The notes: generated by a model not told the origin, from the sequence alone. DNA of 64,000 bases from Octopus vulgaris (GCA_951406725.2 OX597816.1:6758001-6822000), one strand, 5' to 3'; shown: positions 38,932 to 52,555, numbered from the stretch's first letter. A program made the numbers and translations.

Positions 38932-39518
38932 AATATATATATATATATACATATAGAATATATATATACATACATATACATATACATATATATATACATA
39001 TGCATACATATATAAATACATATACAATATATATATACATATACATACATATATATATACATATACAATATATATATACATATATATATGCATGTAATTC
39101 ATTAAGACATACTCAAGAATAGTCACAGAAACTTGAAAGCATGTGGTTGTGGGTGTGATAGTGTGCGCACGTGCGCGTGTGTATGTGTGTACCAACTTTG
39201 TCAACCAATTTCACAGAAGTATGGTTTCAACAGAAGTAGTTAATTCGGGACCAATGTTTGTCATGTTTGCCATATGACTAAAATATCCAGACATATTAAC
39301 AGTCTTGTGTCGCCTCGTTGTTTAATTATATGAAAGTTATTTGATCCTGTCTCACGGCTCTCCCCACCCCACCACCCCCACACACACATATATATATATA
39401 TCACGGTGATCACCGTGACCGACCAGGCTATCAGATGTTGCTACACATCGCTGGTCACGATGCACTTCGCATTGTTTTAGCCTTCAAACGACGCCACCCC
39501 GCTGGCTAAGCAAGCAGG

Positions 39519-39580
<62 letters not shown>

Positions 39581-39586
<6 letters not shown>

Positions 39587-39593
39587 CTACTGA

Positions 39594-39633
<40 letters not shown>

Positions 39634-39729
39634 ACACGTGACCGACCAGACTATCAGATGTTGCTACACATCGCTGGTCAAAATGCGTTCGCATTCAAAT
39701 GACGCCACCCAGCTGGCTAAGCGAGCAGG

Positions 39730-39786
<57 letters not shown>

Positions 39787-39799
39787 TCAGTAGTTCATA
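39581..39799. repeat. Inverted repeat tatgaactactgacgat flanking (TA)n and a SINE-tail fragment
   Basis: 39581-39600 versus 39781-39799. Confidence 0.85.
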
Positions 39800-40128
39800 C
39801 GTCCAGAAAGGAAGTACACTCTAAAAGAAGGGTGGGGGAAACCCCCGCCCGCGGGCGCAATTGCGCCCACAGGCTGATATACTCGTATGTACAAAATATT
39901 GTAAATTTTTCAATTATAAAACTTATACAATCCTCGCCTGCCTCTTTGCGACATACGACCTTTGTTTCCAATACGACCTAAAACGGTTATACTCGAACAA
40001 TAATCGTCCGGTAAATACTATTTGAATGGAAATTTTGTTTTCACTATAAAACGCATATTGCTAGGTTTGTACCAACCCCTTGAGACCCGACTACACTCTG
40101 TGGCAGAGCTACATAACTTAGGCATAGT

Positions 40129-43100
40129 CAGTGGCGGATCTACAATATTGCGGTCCTGAAGCTTAAAATGTTATGGGGGGGGCCTTTAAAACCAGCAACA
40201 ACAGGGTAACATCCAACAAGGGCCAAAAATTTTTTGTGCCCTTGCAAGGTACTCCAGCTTGAGGCCCTGATAGCCCAAATGGTGGAGTTCTGACATGGAG
40301 TCCTTAAAAAAGAGTCTGAAAGTGAGCCCTCTTTCCATCAGAAACGAAGTGTGGGTAATTACCGATATCTTTGTCGATGTGGTTGTTCCATGGCAAATCA
40401 CTACAAATATTTTCCAGGCTATGCCTTATACTTTTAGAGTTTTGGGGGTTGAAAATTAGGGAAGCGTTATATACATGTACGATGCATCATTAAGATACAT
40501 ATGAAAATTACAAAATACTCTTTTTTCTGGGTTTTTTATTTTTGTAGCAACAGCTGTGTCATATGACAGCTTCCTTGCAATATCATTTTCTAGAGACAAT
40601 ATGCATAAGGAATTTAATTGCTCTTCAACCGTGGTAGGCTGAAATTTATTCTTAACAAAAGAAAGCTTTGAGGAACTTATTTCTGCTTCACAGCTCGTGA
40701 TAGACATTGTCAAGTACAGCTTAAATGCAGTGGTAATATTAGGGGACACTTTAATTAATTGATGCCCATAAATAAGCTGAAGAACTTCTGTGCATTGCAT
40801 TTTAGATGGTGTATTTTCTTGTGTTCCGGGATTTCCTAAGGTGTAAATACTCTTTGAACTGATAACACTCTTTAATTAATTTGTGGTCAATATCGTTTTT
40901 GTAATGCAATATTATAAGTTTGATACTGCTTTCATCAAATTCTGAATTGTTCATCAATGCTAAGATAAACTTGAACCTTTTCGCAATCTGCTCATATGGC
41001 TCCATCATTTTGCTTAACTGGATTATCAAGCAGTCATAGACTTGATTTAGAACTTCTATCCTAAATTTTTCAGCCCCTTTCAAAGAAGCCCTATCACTTA
41101 TTCCATCTGCAAATTTCTTTGTAACAATGTGTTTAGAAACCTCAGAATAATTTCAGGTGATGTATTCGCAATAAACCTTTTGGTACTGATTCATAGCGTG
41201 CAATCCTGTCAACTGAATTTTCTCGCAGTTCTTTAACAGATGAAAGCAAAGATGCTAACAGAAGGTAACCTTCAAATATATCAGAACCAGGGGTTTGAAG
41301 TTTCTTACTTGTTTTGTTAAAACATTCTATAACTTCTTCCCAAGCGAATATTAAAACAGCATATTCGAATTTTACCAACTTGTGGTATAAATTCCTTGCA
41401 TCTCACTTACATTCAGGCTCCTCTTCTGAGTTTGTAAAATATCCCTATATCCATTTTTAATTGCCCGGACTGCTTCATAGTGCGCAGACCATCAAGTTAA
41501 ACTTAAGTTCTTTAGTAAAAAGAGCTAGATTGCCCTGTGTGTTCAAAATCCTCCATCTTCGAGAAGATTCAAGAAAGCATACAGCTGCTGCAAGATGCCA
41601 AAATAGTCAACAACTTCAAGTACTGTAGACACTGCCTTTTACCAAACAAAGTTGGGTGAATGGCTTGCACATGGTACATGGTCTGCACACCTGTTAATGG
41701 TTACAAGAAGTGCTTGCAGCCCTTTCTCTGAGCCCTTCATGTTGGAAGCATAATCGTATAACTGACCACGGATATTTTCAAGTGAATGCTTACGCTCCCC
41801 TAGAAATTGTTATTTTATTGAACAAGGTCGTAGATGAATGTTTTTCTATTGGCAAAAATGCTAAAAATCTCACAGGGTTTTCCATCATAACAGTATCGAA
41901 CCACTATTACCAACTGGTCAACATGTGTCACGTCAGGTGTAGAGTCAACAATAATTGAATAGTATTTGATGTCTCGGTTGTTGATCTGATTCACCACTTC
42001 ATCTTTCACATGTTTTCCCATGATTTCTACCAATTCTTCAGATACAGATTTGGATAGGTAAGTAATGTTTACTTTTTCATTTTTACAGTTCTCTAAATTT
42101 TCATGTAAAAATGGGTCAAATTCCGCAATTAGGTTAATGGCCCCCATGAAATTTTCATTGTTTGGGGAACCCCACCTTTCTTCATGACCTCGAAATGCTA
42201 AATCTCTTCCACTTAAAACTTTATAACTGCTACAACTCTTTTCAGTACTTCAAAATAGTACATGTTTTATTTTTCAACTGTTCCTCAAATTGCTGATCCA
42301 CAGTAGTTTTATTCGACTTTCGTGTTAGCCAACTCAACATCGCCCTGTTATGTTCCATGCTGCCTTCATTATTTTCTAGAGTTCTGAGTATATTCATCCA
42401 AACAGAAAACCCACCCGTTGTAAGTGGTATTTGGCATTTAGAAAAGAAGTTGCTCTCTGGGTAAACTAACCAGGATCTCATTACAGTCTGATCCTTTTTC
42501 AATCTTTTTTTTTCAAAGTACTTGTTTGAGAAGAGAAACTTCGATTTTGTTGTTTGTAAACCTTGTTGGATTCACTCTATGCATTATCTGGATTTTTATT
42601 TTCAAAAAAATTCTGAAGTCTTGCATTAAACAGTTTTGTATGAAATCATTATCAATTGTTACGGGCCAGCTCGCCATGTCACTGTATTCTTCGAAATCAC
42701 TAAATTCGCTTCCTGTTTCCTGTTTCAGCTCTCTCTTTTCTCGCAGTTCTTGACCACCGTCATCATCATCTGCATCAAAAGGGTCAACAGTAGGTTGATT
42801 ATTGCTAAACAGAGCACTCATGGTTTGTGCATTATCATTGACTTCACTGGTGTTTGCATGGCTGGTTTCAGTTGCAAGTGATGACAAACTTTTACCTAAC
42901 ATCGTAAAATAGTTTGATTGGCATTTACAAATTTCGTTAGATTGCTTTTCCTTGAGTTGGCGTTTCTGGTATCCGCTTAAATACTTTCTTGAAGACATTG
43001 CAATTCCTTTTGGAGCCTAGAACTCTGTGAAAAACAAATTGTGGTAATATTTTCATTAGCCACAGCGAGACAGAGATCGATCAAGATAAGGGTCCACAGC

Positions 43101-43611
43101 TTAATATATAGTCATAAATGAAGAATTGCTCATTTCGTATAAGGTGATATTCAAACAATTTTTCTAGTAGAAAAATGCTTTGTTGCTGAACAAGTTGTAA
43201 GTCCAAAATTAGGGGGCAACCCCTTTCATTGGTCATTAAATAATGGTGTGAAAATAAGAATTCTTATCTCTACCGTGTTGATGTAATAGTAGATATATTT
43301 GACAATGGGTGGGGGGCAGAGCTGAAGTTTCCAAAATAATTCAAGTAAAGCGAATTATCTGTGAGTGGTTTGTACTTTTATTTTTTATGCAACACCACAC
43401 CGGCAGAAACATCAGGTGAACAACTCCTGGCTAGACTCTGCCTAGGAGTATGATATGACGTCCACTAAGACTGGTAACGGCAATCTACATGGCAACATGC
43501 AAACATAAAAAATCTGACAGAATGAAAAATTAAGTTGCTTCAGAGGGGCTCCTCCGGGATTAGGTGCTCTTTAGCATAAGCTTCATTAGTTTTATGGTAG
43601 ATCCGCCACTG
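40129..43611 (-). mobile_element. Full-length decayed hAT transposon (Tip100/Zaphod, ZMYM1-like transposase)
   Basis: TIR cagtggcggatctac(a/c)ata (18 of 19 match); degenerate 8-bp TSD ggcatagt / agcacagt. Confidence 0.93.
40456..42998 (-). pseudogene. hAT transposase pseudogene
   Basis: MSSRKYLSGYQKRQ start, RSWLVY, LAFRGHEE, YYSIIVDSTPDVTHVDQL, HVPCASHS, WSAHYEAV, hATC PNITTAFKLYLTMSITSCEAE.S.SKL..VKNK; many frameshifts. Confidence 0.92.
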
Positions 43612-44269
43612 AGCACAGTAATATGTGAGTCGACCTGCACAGCAGACGATGAGGCGGCTAGCCTCACTTTGATACACAAGCCTTGCTTTGATACACTAGC
43701 CTCGTTCTGAGCCCCACTGTAGAAACGGTCTCAGTTCCTTCCAGGCTTTGGTCAAAGACACATGTCTTCTCTGCAGCTCCACGCGCAATCTCCCATGTGC
43801 GACTCACATGTCTATTCACCTCGACACAAGATATATGATGCATAAACGAAGATATTTTGTCACACACACATTCTCAAAATGACTGTTCTCATTACACACA
43901 TGCATACATATTGTAATACAAATATCATATGTCACTTCTTTCAGTGCAACAGCAAAAATCAAAACTTTCTTTGTATGTAAACACACGTTTTTGTATCATA
44001 CTACACGCTTCCACCACAAAAGGTGAACACAGAATAAACAATATATTGATACACAAAAATGTCTTATGGTGATTCATACTAACTGGGGTTTTTTTCCATT
44101 TAATAGCATGCACTTGAACGGCCAACGACAGCCGCTATAACTCTAACTGACAAAAGCATAGAATACCTCATGAGTAATATAAACGACCTAAATTCAGTGG
44201 TGGCTTTAATGAAGATGTTATGCATTAATTTAATGAGTTAAACTTATCTTTATTAATGTATATCGAATT

Positions 44270-44422
44270 GTGGCTGTGTGGTAAGTAGCTTGCTTACCAA
44301 CCACATGGTTCCGGGTTCAGTCCCACTGCGTGGCATCTTGAGCAAGTGTCTTCTGCTATAGCCCCGGGCCGACCAATGCCTTGTGAGTGGATTTAGTAGA
44401 CGGAAACTGAAAGAAGCCTGTC

Positions 44423-44462
<40 letters not shown>

Positions 44463-44694
44463 CATGTGTGTGTGTGTGTGTGTTTGTCTGTCTGTGTTTG
44501 TCCCCCTAGCATTGCTTGACAACCGATGCTGGTGTGGTTACGTCCCCGTCACTTAGTGGTTCGGCAAAAGAGACCGATAGAATAAGTACTGGGCTTACAA
44601 AAAGAATAAGTCCCGGGTCGATTTGCTCGACTAAAGGCGGTGCTCCAGCATCGCCGCAGTCAAATGACTGAAACAAGTAAAAGAGTAAAAGAGT
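44270..44694 (+). mobile_element. SINE family B
   Basis: A/B boxes, internal microsatellite, tail ggcggtgctccagcat...actgaaacaagtaaaagagtaaaagagt. Confidence 0.92.
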
Positions 44695-44829
44695 ATATAC
44701 AAGATTTACACAGATATAAGAGTTAGACCTTGTAATCAGCCCGCGGACCTTTTTTGTGGGAGGAGGGAGAATTTTTGCCCGCCGCACTAAAAAGTTTCCT
44801 CATCCCTGCTCCAAAACACTAGAGCAGTA

Positions 44830-45068
44830 ATATATATTTTTAGGAAATTTAAAAAGTTATGACTGGTCATAGATTGTCCGTTGGTTTCACACCTATAAAG
44901 CGCTTAACAGTCAGTATAGGCGATTCCTGAGACTCTAATGGCTAAAGGCGCCATCAGCCATTTGAGTCTCACAAGTCACCTATATTGCCTGCAAAGCGCT
45001 TTATAGATCCGAAACCAAGGGTCAATCTATGACCGGTCATAACTTTTAACTTCCTGAAAAATAATATA
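44830..45068. repeat. Diverged about 240-bp fold-back (MITE-like)
   Basis: Arms aaaagttatgactggtcatagattg...ctataaagcgctt...tgagactc.aatggct / agccatttgagtctca...aagcgctttatag...caatctatgaccggtcataactttt. Confidence 0.85.
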
Positions 45069-45224
45069 GGCACAGGAGTAGCCGTGTGGTAAGTAGTTTG
45101 CTCACCAACCACATGGTTCCGCGTGGCACCTTGGACAAGTGTCTTCTACTATAGCCTCGGGCCGACCAAAGCCTTGTGAGTGGATTTGGTAGACGGAAAC
45201 TGAAAGAAGCCCGTCGTATATATG

Positions 45225-45277
<53 letters not shown>

Positions 45278-45515
45278 GTATATATATGCGTGTGTGTGTT
45301 TGTGTGAGTGTGTTTGTCCCCCTAGCATTGCTTGACAACCGATGCTGGTGTGTTTATGTCCCCGTTACTTAGCGGTTCGGCAAAAGAGACCGATAGAATA
45401 AGTACTGGGCTTACAAAAAAAAGAATAAGTCCTGGGGTCGAGTTGCTCGATTAAAGGCGGTGCTCCAGCATGGCCGCAGTCAAATGACTGAAACAAGTAA
45501 AAGAGTAAAAGAGTA
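45068..45515 (+). mobile_element. SINE family B
   Basis: Matches the family consensus with a small deletion in the B box. Confidence 0.9.
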
Positions 45516-45884
45516 ATCCCTCGCCACATCGCGGTTCACCTATCGCGGTTTATTATTTAAGCTTACGTCGATTCCTCCATGCGCGTGTGTGTGTATAAAG
45601 GTGCATAGCTAAGTGGTTAGGGTGTTGGGCTCGCGATCGTAAGGTCATGAGTTCGATTACACGGCGGCGCGTTGTGTCCTTGAGCAAGATACTTTATTTC
45701 ACGTTACTCTACTCCACTCACCGGCCAAAAATGAGTTGTATCTTTTGTGTCTCGCAGACCTCAGGTTAGCTCAAGGCTATGGTAGAAGCCACTTTCCCGA
45801 GGGGCCATGCAGTGGAAATGAATCCAAAACCATGAAACAAACCACTCCGCCACATCTGTATCTCTGCCGGGCCTCTAAAATACC

Positions 45885-46894
45885 TTCAGCAAATATTCAA
45901 GGTAGACAGTAGGTATAAAATAAAGTAAATTATTGAAAGAACAAGAAGCTTTCTCCAACAATACATAGCAAATACCTCTGACAAATTTCAACATCCGGTT
46001 CCGGCCCAGCCACTAGCTACAGAAAACAACATCCGGTTCCGGCCCAGCCCCTAGATACAGAAAACAACAACCGAGTGAAACAACAGCGTCTGGTTTACGG
46101 ATCGCAGATATGAATCTTTTACCTATTATCTTTTCCTTGTTTCAGCCATTAGACTGCGGCCATGCGGGAGCACCGTCTGGATTTTACTCGAATAAATCGA
46201 GCCCAGCACTTATTTATATAAGCCTGGTACTTACTCAAATGGTCTCTTTTGCTGATCTGCTATTTTACGGGGACATAAATAAACCAATACCGGTTATCAA
46301 GCGGTGGTAGTGGACTAACAAATACCGCACACACACACACATCCTACGCATATGTCTTCAGCAAATGGCAAATATTCAGGGTAGACAGTAGGTAATAAAT
46401 GAAGTAAAGTATCGAAAAACAAAAAGCTACCGTTGACAAATTTCAACTTCCGGTTATTGCCCAGCCACTAGATGCAAAAAACAACATCCGGTTCCGGCCC
46501 AGCCACTAGATACAGAAAACAACAACCGAGTGAAACAACAGCGTCTAGTTTACGGATCGCAGACATACGACGGTTTCTCTTGCTACACCACGCAGTTTGT
46601 TCGTTTTATTTCCGTACATTTACACTGTCGAAGAAGTTTCTGTTCAGGTGTTGATTAACCATTTTTAATCACATTCTACATTTCTTTACAAGACAGATTA
46701 GAAAAATTCTCGAGAGATTTACTGTCTAAATTTGAAAAATGGTTAACTTCTGCAATAAAATACGACTCCAAAAGTTACTTAACCACCAAAGGCAAATGAT
46801 TTGATTGGCAAATAGAAACAATGTCTGAAGTATTGAAAAAAACGAAAGTATTGAATCGTAAAAGTATTCAGACATGTCAAGGTTTTATGCCTGA
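45885..46894 (-). repeat. Right arm of the inverted duplication plus an extra partial copy (45885-46110)
   Basis: 46470-46894 differs from 32846-33270 at about 5 positions by eye; the remainder is more diverged. Confidence 0.93.
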
Positions 46895-47250
46895 TCAAAA
46901 CCTAGGTTTGTGAGTATCACGAAGGTTAGAGATGAGAGCGATGACCTCCCTTGCTTATTCTATACGGTTACAAACTGTGTGACAATAGCCAGATGGAAAA
47001 GATGTTTTCCTGGTACTAAGCAACAGTAACATCGTCCTTGTATAGGACTGCCACATTCTGTTGGCAAATAAACTCTTACCACACACATATACACTTGTCA
47101 CTTTATAGTGAAAGGCAGCAAAAATTCTGCATTTGTTTTACTATATTTAATATTTGTTGGAATTACAGCGTTTAACTTTGTCACACGAATGTGTGTATAT
47201 ACGTATATATATATGTATGGGCGGGTCTTCGTGCATATATATGTGACATT

Positions 47251-47360
<110 letters not shown>

Positions 47361-47410
47361 GTATATGTTTATGTACATATATATATGTATATATTTATAT
47401 ACATATATAT

Positions 47411-47442
<32 letters not shown>

Positions 47443-47454
47443 GTATATATATAA

Positions 47455-47499
<45 letters not shown>

Positions 47500-47600
47500 C
47501 ATACATATATATATATAAACAATTGCAGCGTGGAAGGTGTTTGTAAGCCATTTAAGAAACACACAAAAGCCGTTCGATTCACGTCAACATTTAAGTTTAC

Positions 47601-47650
47601 TTTGTCAAAATATTTTCGTCGCTAAAATCCGCGACCTGTTCACTGACAAA
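47601..47650 (-). ncRNA. Hammerhead-like motif with degenerate core
   Basis: UUUGUCA-GUGAACA-G-GUCGC-loop-GCGAC-GAAA-AUAU-UU-UGACAAA. Helices intact, but CUGANGA is replaced by GUGAACA. Confidence 0.45.
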
Positions 47651-47727
47651 AATCCGTGCTGCATCTGAGAAAGTAACAGTTAGTTCGTCATATATATGTA
47701 TGTATGTATGTGTATGTATGCATACAC

Positions 47728-47758
<31 letters not shown>

Positions 47759-48041
47759 TGTATGTATGTATGTATGTATGTATGTATGTATGTATGTATG
47801 CATGTACGTACATACGCCAGTGTATGCATGTATGTATGTATGTATGTATGTATGTATGTATGTATGTATGTATGTATGTATGTATGTATGTATGTGTGTG
47901 TATATGCACGCACATACACACTATAAACATAAGGCTATAAACCTGTAGTGATGGATAGATGTAGAGTGACCACTCATCACAATAATATCAAATTTCAACC
48001 TCCCCCGCCGAAGCCAGGGAGTGATTTACGACCTTCACTCC

Positions 48042-48100
<59 letters not shown>

Positions 48101-48282
48101 AAATGAGAAAATGGAGAAATATATCTAAATCAATCATCAACTATCAGATAATACCGAATCATATACTTTATTAAAACACTACACAATAGCAATGAGATTA
48201 GACATTAATACAGTACAATAATTACAAACAATATGGTGAGTTATAACTAAATAAATATAACTACATACATACATACATATAT

Positions 48283-48357
<75 letters not shown>

Positions 48358-48445
48358 TGTATATGTTTATGTACATACATATATGTATATATTTATATAC
48401 ATATATATATACATACATACATACATACATACATACATACATACA

Positions 48446-48481
<36 letters not shown>

Positions 48482-50070
48482 TATATAAACAATTGCAGCG
48501 TGGAAGGTGTTTGTAAGCCATTTAAGAAACACACAATTTGTACTATGTATATGTATGTGTGAGTGGGTATATGTATATGTTGTGGGTGTGTGTTATACGT
48601 GTGTGTATTTGTATGTGAATGTATAGATTAGGGGATTGCTATATAGGTATGTTATTGTGTTTGGTTAAAGGGAGGTTTTATCATTATATGTATATATGGG
48701 TTTCGTTTATCATGATTGTTTTATTAAAGAATTTTATAGTAAATTCTGTCTAATTACGTTTATTAACATATTATTCCATTCCATTCATAATTTTTAAATA
48801 ACGTTCGTTCATAACGCGCAGAGAATTTATTATAAATATGTTCTACTTATATTTCTATGGTAACGTAATTTTGTAAACGTTATAACGGTTAGACTTTAAA
48901 TTCACTTCATAACTTTAAAATTGAATAGAAGGTATGTATTTTTTTTCTCCTTATGTTAATCTTGTTGCTTATGGAGTGTTCTATTTATCGTATTTTCTTT
49001 GTTATTAATTATCAATAATTTAGACATACTTTGATAAATAGATAGGTCTGTTTTTAAATGATTTATTAATAGAATAACTCAATATAAGTTATTATTCACA
49101 TTCATAAATTTGTTTTAGAGTGGTGTTGGGGTTTTTTAATAGTATATTGCTGAGTAGGGAATATTACTGTATGTAAGTGGCTGAGAGTATGTATCTGCTA
49201 AATTTGTTACTCATCTGTGTTGGAGTGGCGGTATGAATGCGGTTGTTTGAGAGTGATTGTGTGTGAATGTGTGTGGGTGTGCATTGTTTATGTGTAGAAA
49301 TGTTGTTTTTCTTTTGAGTGTTTATGTATGTGTAAATGTGTGTGTGTGTGTGTGTTTGTTTGCGTATTTGTGTATGTTTGTTGCATGCATGTGGTATTTG
49401 GACATGTGTGTGTGTGTGCTTGTTTGCGTATTTGTGTATGTTTGTGGCATGCATGTGGTATTTGGATATGTGTGTGTGTGTGTTTGTTTGGTTTAAGTAT
49501 TTATGTATTGTTGTGGTATATATGTGGTATTTGGTATTTGGTAGTTTCTTGCTAAGAATGAAATGTTTATATTGTTGTGGTTGAGTATATGCGGATGCTG
49601 GTTGTGTTGTTGTAATGCAGAGTGAGTGTGTTTATGAATGAGGGTTGTATGTGTGTGTGAGGGACTATGAATAAGTAATGTGTTGAAGTATTTGACTATT
49701 TTATTAATTTATTGTTGCCTAGATGTTTATGTGTATGTATAGAGATATATATGGGCGTGTGAGTTAGTGTATGTATTTAGATATGTTTATATATACTTAG
49801 ATATATGTGTATGAGCATGTGTGTATATATAGTTTATTTTTATTTTTGTTTTTTGTTTTTTGAAATTAGATTCTTCATCTTTAAATATGAGAACTTTAAT
49901 AATATTCAATTGTTTATAGAGGTTATTTTAGTTCTTGATTATATTATATACAGATTATATATAGATTATATATTTTTATATCTTTTCATTGATAAATTTA
50001 TATTATTTATAGTTTTAGCCATTTTAAATTTATTTATTTTTTTAAATATTGATATTTTTAGATATGAAAT

Positions 50071-50114
50071 CCACCTGATGAATGTCATTTGAAGACAGGA
50101 AACAATTGTAGTGG
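50071..50114 (+). ncRNA. Minimal type I hammerhead ribozyme
   Basis: CCAC-CUGAUGA-A-UGUC-auuugaa-GACA-G-GAAA-CAAUUG-UA-GUGG. Palindromic helix III ACAAUUGU, predicted cleavage after 50110. Confidence 0.8.
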
Positions 50115-50289
50115 CGATTTATTTACTTTATATTAAAATTTTTTATGTATTGATTAAGTCTTTCCTTGTTTGATTTGCAAAATAGTGGTTTTGTCTCTAA
50201 TAATATTATATAATATTTTACTATAAAATTGGATTCAATCCTAAATCTGATTTTTCCCTGTAAATTTGGATTTATTCCCTAATATTTAT

Positions 50290-50359
<70 letters not shown>

Positions 50360-50484
50360 GATTTAGCGCGCCAGAGCTGAGACATTTGAAAATAACCCCC
50401 AATGTAATCGGTAGAACTGTACACACATCTAATTTTATGAGGACAACCCGTATATAGTTCTACAAATTATATTGAACTAGAACG

Positions 50485-50552
50485 ATCGTACTGAAGTGTC
50501 CACGGACGATGTTACGTAAATAAAGTTGTTAATGACGAAACCGGTCTACGAT
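50485..50552 (+). ncRNA. Minimal type I hammerhead ribozyme, A9U core variant
   Basis: AUCGUA-CUGAAGU-GUC...GAC-GAAA-CCGG-UC-UACGAU. Perfect 6-bp helix I, palindromic helix III ACCGGU, GUC triplet. Confidence 0.7.
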
Positions 50553-50677
50553 TAATTCTTTATTTTGTATATTTTCATCTGTCTTACCCGCTTATGTTCT
50601 GGTGTTTGCTGTGGTTAGATCGTAGATGATTTTCTTCTAGCATATCGGATGTCCACTTAGTGGTCATTCCTTCTTAT

Positions 50678-50778
<101 letters not shown>

Positions 50779-50901
50779 GTGTAGTTTTTCAGGCACAAGG
50801 GTTTATGTCTAAGAATACATAGGCAGTAACATTCTATCTCGACAATGCGTCGTAATTTAGTCACAAAAAAATACAGGAAACACACAGAATTAAAATTTTA
50901 G

Positions 50902-50957
<56 letters not shown>

Positions 50958-51248
50958 ATGCACGCGCATGTGTGTATGCGTGTGTAACTGTTTCCCATTG
51001 ATCACTGCGTGAATACATTTCATAAATTTTCTTTCATTCACAATTTCAGTCTAGAAAACCTGAGGTTATACAACAGGCGAAGATCTTGCATGGTTGGTAT
51101 TTTCTAAGATAGAAAATTTGCCTCATTGATTTATTTTGCTTCCTTACTCAGCCGAAACCCAAATCTTATAATCTTATTACGGTCTATTGTTTTCTACAGT
51201 AAAGTCACGGGAGATCGAGTCACCATTGACTTATAGGTTTATATTTTA

Positions 51249-51640
51249 CTAGCAGTATCGCCCGGCGTTGCTCGGGTTTGTTTCGACCCTTTAGAATTGG
51301 AATTTTTGAAAAGTAAAAATTTTGCGTTATGTAGCTTGTTATTCTCTTGAAGTGAACATTTTTCTGGTTGAAATACACCGAAAAATGGCGACACAGAAGT
51401 CAAAAAATCGTAAAAGATAAGGATTTTCATAGAAAAAAAGCACCTTTTTGATGTAAATAATTTTTGGTGTTAACCTGGTCCGATTTGAATTTTTTCTTCT
51501 ACGGAATGAAGAGCAAGCCTTCTTCTATCATACTCTCAATTTTGGTCAACTTGCGCCACAGGGTCTCGGAGGAGATAATGTTAGTTGAAGGCTGCCATAC
51601 CGGCCATGCACAGACAACTTCAGCTTTATATATAGAGAGA
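51249..51640 (-). mobile_element. Non-autonomous Helitron, copy 2 (392 bp)
   Basis: A|TCTCTCTATATATAAAG 5' end, subterminal hairpin, CTAG|T 3' end, no TSD. Confidence 0.85.
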
Positions 51641-52150
51641 TTATGACTGACCTGAAGCTAAACATCTTGTGCAATCATTTCAAAATCAGCCACGAAGTAA
51701 CCAATCCTGGCTCCATTTCTACCATGGCCTTCAAACCATTTCCTACTCCAAAACAGTTCCTATCCTCGTCAATCTCTGCCTATATTTATCCCAGTCTATG
51801 AAAACATGTCTGTGTGTCTTTCTCTTCATCAACTACAGCTTTTATCGCCTTAACTTCTGATATCTCTGCCCCATATTCTATTGTAGGCGCTTTACCGCCC
51901 TCCCCCTTGACAGCGAGTAAACAAGCTGGCTATACAGAGATGGAGGCCGTTACACAACATTAAGGTTCAGACACATGACCTCATCTCTTCCTCTTTCTGC
52001 ACTGGGACCTCGAACTGAAAAGATGTGATCTAGCCCCTTTCAACACCCACCAGCAAGCAGATAGGAGCATAGCACAGAATACCATGGCCTTTACACACCA
52101 AACGTTCTATTTATCATTCCATTGTGTATATACGTGTGGCCAAAATAAAT

Positions 52151-52555
52151 AGGCGCAGGAGTGGCTGTGTGGTAAGTAGCTTGCTTACCAACTACATAGT
52201 TCCGAGTTCAGTCCCACTGCGTGGCACCTTGGACAAGTGCCTTCTACTGTAGCTTCGGACCGACCAAAGCCTTGTGAGCGGATTTGGTAGACGGAAACTG
52301 AAAGAAGCCCGTCGTGTATATATATATATATGTATGTGTGTGTATATGTTTGTGTGTCTGTGCTTGTCCCGCCAACATCGATTGACAACCGATGCTGGTG
52401 TGTTTACGTCACCGTAACTTAGCGGTTCAGCAAAAGGGACCGATAGAATAAGTACAAGGCTTACAAAGAATAAGTCTTGGGGTCGATTTGCTCGACTAAA
52501 AGCGGTGCTCCAGCGTGGCCACAGTCACATGACTGAAACAAGTAAAAGAGTAAGT
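52151..52555 (+). mobile_element. SINE family B, full length
   Basis: ggcgcaggagtggctgtgtggtaagtagc head to actgaaacaagtaaaagagt tail. Confidence 0.92.

Larger units (their letters stand above)
39827..44808. mobile_element. Outer non-autonomous hAT (Charlie-like), host of a nested hAT and a SINE
   Basis: Degenerate TIR (g)aagggtgggggaaac / gtttcctcatccctg, subterminal gcccgc motifs, 8-bp TSD ctctaaaa / ctccaaaa. Confidence 0.7.

Noticed and set aside
37782-39068. 428-aa ORF as a host gene or active LINE
   Set aside because: The N-terminus is (TA)n-derived; the element is 5'-truncated (no endonuclease) and frameshifted near 37790.
51843-51890. tatcgccttaac, matching the 5' part of the scrambled hammerhead
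   Set aside because: Only about 12 nt match; the GAAA and CUGANGA boxes are absent, so it cannot count as a second copy.
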